A DNA stretch of 64,000 nt from Ramazzottius varieornatus. Lineage: Eukaryota; Animalia; Tardigrada. Below, piece after piece: positions 55,938-64,000 of this stretch. Numbering within the stretch: the stretch's first letter is position 1; the number at the start of each line of letters is the position of its first letter. Under the pieces are notes generated by a model. The model worked only from the letters and a program-made list of their open reading frames with translations, searched no databases and was not told the DNA's origin. Position numbers and translations under genes: made by a program. The DNA lies in the NCBI GenBank assembly GCA_001949185.1, contig BDGG01000002.1, positions 3,958,448-4,022,447 on the forward strand. Direction: 5' to 3'.

Positions 55938-58425
55938 GAGTCAATGACCTTGTAGTAAAATGTGACCAGGCTTCGTAATCGAGGGAGATAGTGTGGAGGA
56001 TTGCGCATGTGCGAGTGTATGGGTCCAAGGCACTGATCTGCAGTCAGGTCGATGGTTGTAATTCCGCATTGCGGATGTGTATGTACTATGGTCTGTCTAG
56101 TAGTTTCCTGGACTCCTTCTCCCTTTCGTCGTTGAGAATGGACGAGATTAGAGCTGGTGTTAGGAGGGAAGAGGAAGAAGATGCACAGGGTGTAAATGCG
56201 CAAGTATCGATTTATTTGATGTGGCGCACGTGGTAGGAGGTCAATGCCCCGACCGAAGGTTGAGTGGAGGAATGAACTGTGAGGCTGACGTCACTGCAGC
56301 CAGTTTTCATCGTAGACGTTCAGTCGGCCGTGCGCCCACCACGGTCTAACACTCCAGTGACCACTCATCGTATGTTCTGCTCCTACTCTTCCACAAACCT
56401 CTCTTCTCTTGGTCCAGAGCGCCCAAGTCTTCATGACTTACGAAACCTTTGGTGCATCTGGATTTTTTTGCTTAAAAGTGAGATTTAATCTGGCGAGAAT
56501 GCTGTTCGGTGTTCACGGTAATAGCGACGGCGCATTGGCTTGGTTCGTACCCTTGAACTTTGCCTGAAACCTCGAACTGCAACGCCAGATCGCTTCCTGA
56601 ACGCTTCGTTGCGTGTTTCTCAGAACCTTCTGATTTTGCGCCATTTTAACGTAACAAGTTCTACACCACAAGATATTATGGGAGAAAACCCCACGAAAGT
56701 TGATCGACGCGGACGGATTTTCTGGAACTTTCCCAAACTATGACGGGTTTTGATATTCGCATGCCTCTGATTTTCGTTATTTCATCATTTCTTCATCGTA
56801 AAATTCAATTGTGTAGAAGTGTGATTCGAATGATGAATGGGCGATACATTTGCGGAATGGAAAGATCATCCACTGTGAACTTGCGCACAAAAGTGAGGGT
56901 TTCTCTAGCTGACGTCAGGGAACTGCATGTTGAGCGGTGAAGAACCTTAAGGTCGTTAACCGCTCATCGTACAGCTCGAGAAGAGAGTCACGGTCAGAGT
57001 TGTCCTTGTTGGCTAGCTGCTAGAAATAAACACAAACACCATCATACACATAAACTATCCGAAACCCCAACGTCAGAGTGCCCGCAGCCACCCATTGAAC
57101 CTGCAATGATGAATGACTACGTCCACTCATTCATCAGTGGCCAGCGGTTGTCCGCTGAAAGTACGGAAGTGACGTACATACGTACGTACAGTGGTTAATG
57201 GCTGAATGAGTCAACCAGTCATTGGCCACTGCGCAATCAAGGCCATGCTGGTGGCTTGGCAGACGGTGTGGCGATCGCCATCTGGGAAGTGCGCCAAGTT
57301 TAGCAGACAACGTTGTGTTTATTTACCAAAGCGGTCATGGACCTTGTTGTAGAATTTTATACTGGCACTCTGAGGCTCCACGTGCGACCGCCACAAAGTT
57401 CGTTGGCCTTCGATTTTAAAATGTATGAAAGTGGGAGGGATCACGCGACACACACAGAGCCTAATTTTAAACAGGAAGATTACTTTGCGTACACATTTAG
57501 ACTGGTGGTAACGGGTCGTTGACTCTCATCCAAAGCTTCTTCCGGTACTTGGTAGGCTGTACTATGTGGCTGAAGTCTTTGCCATACTTTCCACTTGGCC
57601 TTGAACCTGTGAAGGTTGGCTGGGACGGCGATCCGTTGTGGCGCGCACGGGAGTGATGAGTCGAAGTGGAACAAAAGGCAGACAGATGGCCCTAGAATCC
57701 TAATGTCTGACTGGAGGAGCAGAATCCCCAGTCCGCCGTTCTCATTTTTCGAACTAGGCCAGACGCTGAATCTAGTCGTCTGGACTTCCTCGAGCACAGC
57801 GAAAGCTTCTTGAAAGTTGCTTCAGAAATTTTGACGGTCTGAAAACAGCTTGGGTAAGTTCGACCATGGTGACTTCGTCAGTCCAGAAATCAACTTCCGG
57901 GAGAAGGTTTCGAGCTTGGGAAACCCGGAAACAGGCGTGTGTCAGGGGAAGTTGTTCTCAAAGTTAGTTTCGTGGAGAGAAGAGATTTTTTATTTGAAGG
58001 AAGTCTAATAGGCTAGTCGCTGTACGGTCTGTAGGGTTGATTGACGGCCATTGCATGCGTTGATTGGCTTCCTTGGTGGGCAAGTGCTGCGTCACTCATT
58101 CAGGGTTGCAGTTGAGTGGCCGTTGCAAGCGTAACGCAAGTGCTTTCGTTTCCCCATCCCCTTCCACGTTCGCTCAGCAAACAAACCTTCACGCCAGTTA
58201 CAACTCAAGTCAACATCGAAGATATCAAAACTGCTCGCATTGCAGAAATCCACCACACTGTGACGCGTTGCAACGTAGAGTTCATGTGGCCAGTTTAGCC
58301 GAGAGAAAATTGCCGCCATGGTTGTCGTCTGCGGCGGCTGAAATGCCTTCCTTCTGCCGTCGACGGTTTCCGTTTGGAGATTACTCTAAAAGGAGCCTTG
58401 TGCTTGCGTCAGGGTTCAATGCCCT
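55938..58425. promoter_or_regulatory. Cluster of IR1 (ecdysone response element-like) sites upstream of HR3
   Basis: GAGTCAaTGACCT 55938-55950; AGGTCAaTGCCCC 56238-56250; CGGTCAtGGACCT 57332-57344; GGGTCGtTGACTC 57513-57525; GGTTCAaTGCCCT 58413-58425. Confidence 0.55.
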
Positions 58426-61239
58426 CGACCAAAGAGCGATATGGATTTTACACACTTTTCCCGCACTTCACAAAGTGGCCGTCACGTTGAGGAAGAGGCA
58501 TGCTTGGGCTCCAGCTGAATAATCGATAAAATAGCCAGAGTGGCGTCTTTGCTCACCAAGCACGCTCCTTGACAGACACATATACAAATCTTGGCTTTGA
58601 ATCTCTGTCAAAAGCATCCTTTGAGTCCCGAGACAAGATGCTGAAACTGTTGTGAGAGAATAAGCCAGGGTGGGAGGCAGGAATTCAGAAATAAAATCGA
58701 TGCTGATGGAGTCTTGCCCAGGTGAAGTGGCGCACGCACCATTGCCTGAAATCATTTGGGTCAGTGTTTTCACATGAAGTGGCGCACTGAGTATGCGCGA
58801 CGTCATCTGGGTCAGTGTTGTTGAGGCTCGACGGAAGTGCTCCACGTCATTTGATCGGAACAGTTCGGCGGAATGATTTTCTTCACAGATTTTGAGGTCA
58901 GGTTTTAGACAGGGTTTCCTGGAGATTTCGGGAAGGGAGAAGCGGGAATTTGATGCTTTCTGGAAGGTTTCCAGAAGCATCTGAGAACAATGTTCTCCTG
59001 GTTAGCGTGCGTGGACAGCGTTGCGTTGTGACGAAGGCGTTTCAAGTACGAAGGTTTTTTTATTGCTCTACGATAAAATCAGAATAGGCTTCCGTTAGCT
59101 GTTATGTTTGGAAGGGTAATAAAAACTTTTATCGCAGATGAACTGTGGACTTTGCACGGGAACAACTCTTTCGCCGGCTGACTTTAGACTATTCTTCAGA
59201 AGACGAGACGCAATCAAGAAATCGTCCTTCTTAGAACTACAGTATTAAACTGACGTTAGGTAAATTTAGAGTACAGTGCTGTGTTGAGGTCTTTTCCGAG
59301 GAAGTGCAGCTATTTTCATGGCCACGAGTCTCGCCGAAATTTATTGTTACCGAATAGTACCTTGCATCATAATACCGTTTTACGTATTACAACTTATGGT
59401 CGTAATTGACTGTCCTTGAATTCGTCGAAAAAAAGCCGACTCTGGGCTGCTTACCGGGGTGACTTCGCTTGCCGAATATCAAGTGATGCATGATGTGGTT
59501 CTGTGGTGTAATGAATGAAATGGGGTTTTTTTCGGATTTCGTATCCAAGAGTGTGAAGCTTTACTTTGCGTCTTCGGATGGTCGGATATCTGTCCAAGAC
59601 CTTGACAGAAAACAAATGATTGATATTTATTCATGAGCGTGATTGAAGTTCGTGTTTGAGAAAGCAGGTCTTCTGATGCAACAGAAGATTCTCTTCTGAA
59701 GACATCGTGCAGAACATGCTCTTCAGTCTCTGGTATCTTCTTAGCTCAAGATGCTTGGACATTGAAATGTGATGAGATAGGTGCATCTCATCATTGCAGC
59801 ATCTTCGCGCACGCTTCACAAAATTTAGGTCGCCGTCGTAATCTTCACTCTTCAGTGCACAACGACAGATACCATCGCTGACAATCTTCGGTTTGTGGTT
59901 GAATGATGTATCTTTGCGGCAATTCGCTCCATCGCAAACAGAAGTCTTGCAAAAAGCACAAGGAACGTTTTCGTGCGGAATGACAGGAAAATGTAGAAAG
60001 GATTTACCTGACGTCATCGGGGATCAGTATACCGCGCAGGTCGCGATGACGTCATGTGATGGGTTTAGCCTGTGCAGCACTGACCGATGCACGAAGGAAC
60101 TTGGTAACATGCGACAGCTTATGTCGCTCAGTTCTCGTTTCTCGGACTTTCTCGAAGGATCAGGAGTATAAAACGTCCTTCCAGTTCTGAATAGTAATTG
60201 GTAGTATTGTTAGACCTGGGAACTGAGTGGAACGAGACAAAAGCGAACCAGGATGCAGTCAGGAAAACACTGACGTTGCTTGATTGACTGCACGCTGCGA
60301 CGGTTGATTGGGAGGCTTGGTGAGTGGATGACGTCACGCTTGCTGTACAGTGGTCAGTGTGAGTGAGAGAGGAAGGCAGACGAGTATGCGTGCGTCATGC
60401 GTTGAGGTTGATGGAGGCGCGTGGCGAGCCGTGCAACCGTTGCAGATCCGGTCTAGCTGGCCGCCATACAGCTCAAGCTTGACCAATTGCACAATCGGCC
60501 ATTTTGAGGAGTCGCAGCAAAAAACGACAGACTAGGGCTTCTATACAAAATAGTATGGCGTCTAATGTCAGTGACAGAGAGCCAAGAGAAGGCTTGTACG
60601 CGGATTCTTTTGTAGGTCAGAAGATGTGTCCGTGTGCGCGACGATTACCACACATTCTGCAGTAGTCTGGAGCGAAGCTTGAAGGCACTTTGTCTTCTGC
60701 TCGATGGTCATGAATAAACGATGACAACTAGTCAATCTTCTTTTTGAGGTTAAGACTCTTCGGAAGTTGTGGTTTCTTCCAGGAGGTCCGTCCATTTTAC
60801 GAAAGAGCCATCTGTTGATTGCTGATTGTTGTGGGCAGGAGGAAGGCCGAGTGTGGATGCTGTGTGGAGTAGGAGGAAGGGAACGGGGATATGTCATACC
60901 ATCATGACATAATGTTGTCACCTGGCGCTCTGATGCCGCAATGGCCCACTGATCATCATGGATCCATCAATATGAAACAGTTGAAAAATTCTTGCTGGAA
61001 ATGTAGGCTACGCTTTCCTTTCCCTCATGGCGCTTTTTTGAGCTGTCAATTTACTCCCCATTATTATGCAATAATTTCTTTTCCGGTACTCTGATGAGTC
61101 TGATCAGCGTTGCGTTATGGCGACTTTGACCTAGACTGAAAGACTTTTACCTCGAACTTGCTCTTGTCTTGATTCGTTCCAAGTATCGTTTACGTATTTC
61201 ATGTGTAAGAGTAGTAACGAGTGTTTTCTTTCGTTGCAG

Positions 61240-64000
61240 CGCAAATCGAGATCATCCCATGCAAAGTCTGCGGAGACAAGTCCTCGGGTGTCCATTATGG
61301 CGTAATTACCTGTGAAGGCTGCAAGGTAGAGAAAATCCCAGAACTTGAACGCAGGTCAAAATATTTTTTAAAATCATTGTGTGAGCTCTATAAACATTTC
61401 TCGTCATTTGAAACATTCACAACGTTCTACCGACTCAGTTCTTTGAATCATGCTCGGCGACCCAAATAAACCGGATTACACACGTGCGCGAGTTGATAAG
61501 GGTGAATGTGGGTTAGTAATTCCAATTCGTTCTGTCTTGCAGGGATTCTTCCGGCGCAGCCAGTCAGCTACCGGTAAGTTTTGTTTCCGAAGGATTGTCT
61601 GGTCGATAAAATCGGAATCGAAGTAATGATCCGAGCACCTTTCGTTATAGTAAACTACCAGTGTCCGAGAAACCGGAACTGCATCGTCGATCGCGTCAAC
61701 CGGAATCGCTGTCAGTACTGTCGTTTACAGAAATGCCTTCGACTGGGCATGTCCAGAGACGGTAAGGATAGTCTTTCTTCTAGAGAAGAATACCGAATAT
61801 TCAAGGAACGGAGGATGATATTTTTGGGGTTCTTCTCTACAGCGGTGAAGTTTGGAAGAATGTCCAAGAAGCAGCGGGAGAAGGTCGAGGCCGAAGTCAC
61901 CTATCATCGTGGCTTGGCGGTTCGCAACGCGGCCCAAGCAGCGGCCATGGCCAATGGCGTTCATTCACAAGTCAACAGTACCTGCAATGGACAGGAAATG
62001 CCGGACAGCTCGCTGGGCTTCGACTTGGTTGCTACTAGTTCGACACCGATCTCTGGGTAAGTCCTCTTCCAAATTGTAACCCGTCAACAGCGACCGTACT
62101 GCTCAGAACAAGCCGCGCAACGAAGCTTTTGTTCGAGCATGGCGGTTCTCGATATACGCGGAAATCGCAGTTTTTCCTGGAGTTGCGCGAGTCGATCTGA
62201 GCAGTTAATAGGGAAAACCATTCAAGCGGAAAGTCTTTTGTCTTAACAAGGATGTTCCTGATCTCGATACTTATTCAAGCAGCAAATTAACCGTTCTCTG
62301 CGGCTCTTTTCGATATAAGTTGCGATGGTATCACAAAACTAAATCCGAAGTTGTTAGTCAGAGAGAAACAATTCGATAAAAATAATTGAGCGAAAAAAGG
62401 CCGGAAGAATGAGATTTGTAAGCTGTAAATCGAGTTCGCCGATACAAAAGTTAGCTTTTGTGGTTTTAGGTACTCTGGTTCCTCGTCTAGTCCTCCACCG
62501 TATACGCCACATCCGTACGGCATGTCCAGCGGTTCTAGCCTGAATTCGGCCTTCAACCAGATGCAATTGCACAGTTTGGCGCAGTTGACCGGCATGAGCG
62601 ACATGCAAGGCAACTACGTCGACAGCACCACTCCCATCGACCGCCGTCACTCGCCACCACAACATGATATTGTCAACAGCAGCACCCACGGAAGCATTGG
62701 CTTCCCATCAGAGTCTCACGTCGGTTCACCCTTCTACCCACCAGGTGTATTCTTGCTTTCTCGACCCTTCGAACGGCATCAACCATTAAGAGACGATGCG
62801 CGCGAGTTGATACGGGCAGCACTACTTTCGGCTACTCAGAATATAGTTTGTGAAAATCAATTCTAATTTCTGGTATTATTTTGCAGATATCCTGACGCAG
62901 TTCATCCTCGAAGCCCATATCAAGACCTGTATGTACAACAATAATCAAGTCATTGGACTTCGTCAGGATTGGGATCCGAAAGAGAGTCAGGCGATACTTC
63001 ATGCATTCCAGGAGATGGTACGAAAACTCGAAAATTGTCTTATTTCAGTTTACTGTATCTCTGCCTCAGAAACTTGTCCGTTGATGCACAAGAAAGCTGA
63101 ACGGTTTTTCTTATTATATGATAGACTTCGACGGACATCTGGATCGACTGTGCGAAGAAACTGACGGACGTTCTCCAGCAAGTCATCGAGTTCGCCAAGC
63201 TTCTACCCGGTTTCATGAACCTGGAACAGGAAGATCAGATCACTCTTCTCAAGTCGGGTACGTGAGATTCTTTCTGTTTATGCTGGTTCTGTACACCGTT
63301 GTTCAATCTTCACCAGCATTGACCCTTGTCTTTGCAGGAAGCTTTGAGATTGCTGTTATCCGCATCAGCCGGTGTTACGACCCTACCGCTAACATTGTTC
63401 TCTATGGCGATCGCTTCGTTCCCATCGAAGCGTTCTCAAGTAACAATTTTGAGTCTTGTGCTGTGAACGTGACTGAAGATTTAGTCAAAAAGGAGCAAAG
63501 TAATGATCGCTAACCATTCATTACCAATTCGCACACTAGCTTGACTGAGCCGAGTTCGAGATGAACAGTTTGCGACTTTTGTTCGTTTCAGCCGGTGAAA
63601 CGGACGAGTTCCAGTTCGTCACTTCCATCTTCGAGTTCGCCAAGTCCATCATCGACCTGAACCTAACCGAGTCGGAACTGGCTTTGTTCAGCGCGGCTGC
63701 CTTGATGTCACCAGGTAAACCGTTTTATCCAAACCATAAGAACAAGCCGAAGAAACCAAGAATGGATAGGACCAGATCGTTATCCCAAGTGGCGCACGTT
63801 TCCGTTGATATTGGCTAATAGTGCACGCCACTTGTGAAAACGATCTGGTTCGAATCGTTTACCTATTTTCTATCCAAGAATGGAGAGATTCCAGTCTAAT
63901 TGCCTTCAAAGTCTGACCGGAAGTGTGTTTCTTTTGCAGATCGCGCCGGTTTGCGGAAGGTCCAGCTGGTCAACGAGCTCTTCAACCACGTCGTGACGGC
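61240..64000 (+). CDS. HR3: Nuclear hormone receptor HR3 (ROR/NR1F), multi-exon; first coding exon not located and 3' end runs off the window
   Basis: [29 protein letters not shown]|GFFRRSQ...[53 protein letters not shown]: [37 protein letters not shown]. Confidence 0.96.
63787..63833. repeat. Palindromic dispersed element (core), in HR3 intron
   Basis: accagatcgtt...AAGTGGCGCAC-N25-GCACGCCACTT...aacgatctggt. Confidence 0.8.

Noticed and set aside
57703-57858. Candidate first coding exon of HR3 ending at the strong donor gtaagt near 57853
   Set aside because: The frame needed to join AQIEIIPC has a stop seven codons upstream; at most a non-coding exon.
55336-61094. Numerous 60-170 aa ORFs upstream of HR3
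   Set aside because: No recognisable motifs or splice-consistent chains; more likely regulatory, UTR or intronic DNA.

Overview
This is a gene-dense, intron-rich eukaryotic window with short GT-AG introns and one 710-nt N gap. An HR3-type nuclear receptor and cuticle-like proteins point to an ecdysozoan; a compact tardigrade-like genome is my inference and is not proven. Recognisable genes: PFKFB (partial), a PR/SET C2H2 zinc-finger (PRDM-like), a PDE10-like GAF phosphodiesterase, two tandem omega-class GSTs, xylulokinase, CSN1/GPS1, deoxyhypusine synthase, a short KDM4-like JmjN/JmjC demethylase, NADH-cytochrome b5 reductase, a GKAP/DLGAP-domain protein and HR3/ROR (partial). The most interesting items are: (1) a spliced 124-aa K/G/A/S-rich, net about +31 protein with no globular domain, resembling an H1 tail or the Dsup C-terminus; (2) a cluster of ecdysone-response-element-like IR1 sites and CREs upstream of HR3; (3) a dispersed ~75-bp palindromic element (AAGTGGCGCAC-N23-26-GTGCGCCACTT) lying almost only in introns; (4) a secreted single Cys-rich (fungal-type) LysM protein; (5) a Myb/SANT-like gene of a type I recall from oomycete/fungal Harbinger-associated proteins; (6) a 1-nt frameshift in the second GST copy. 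Exon boundaries were read by eye and gene spans include introns.
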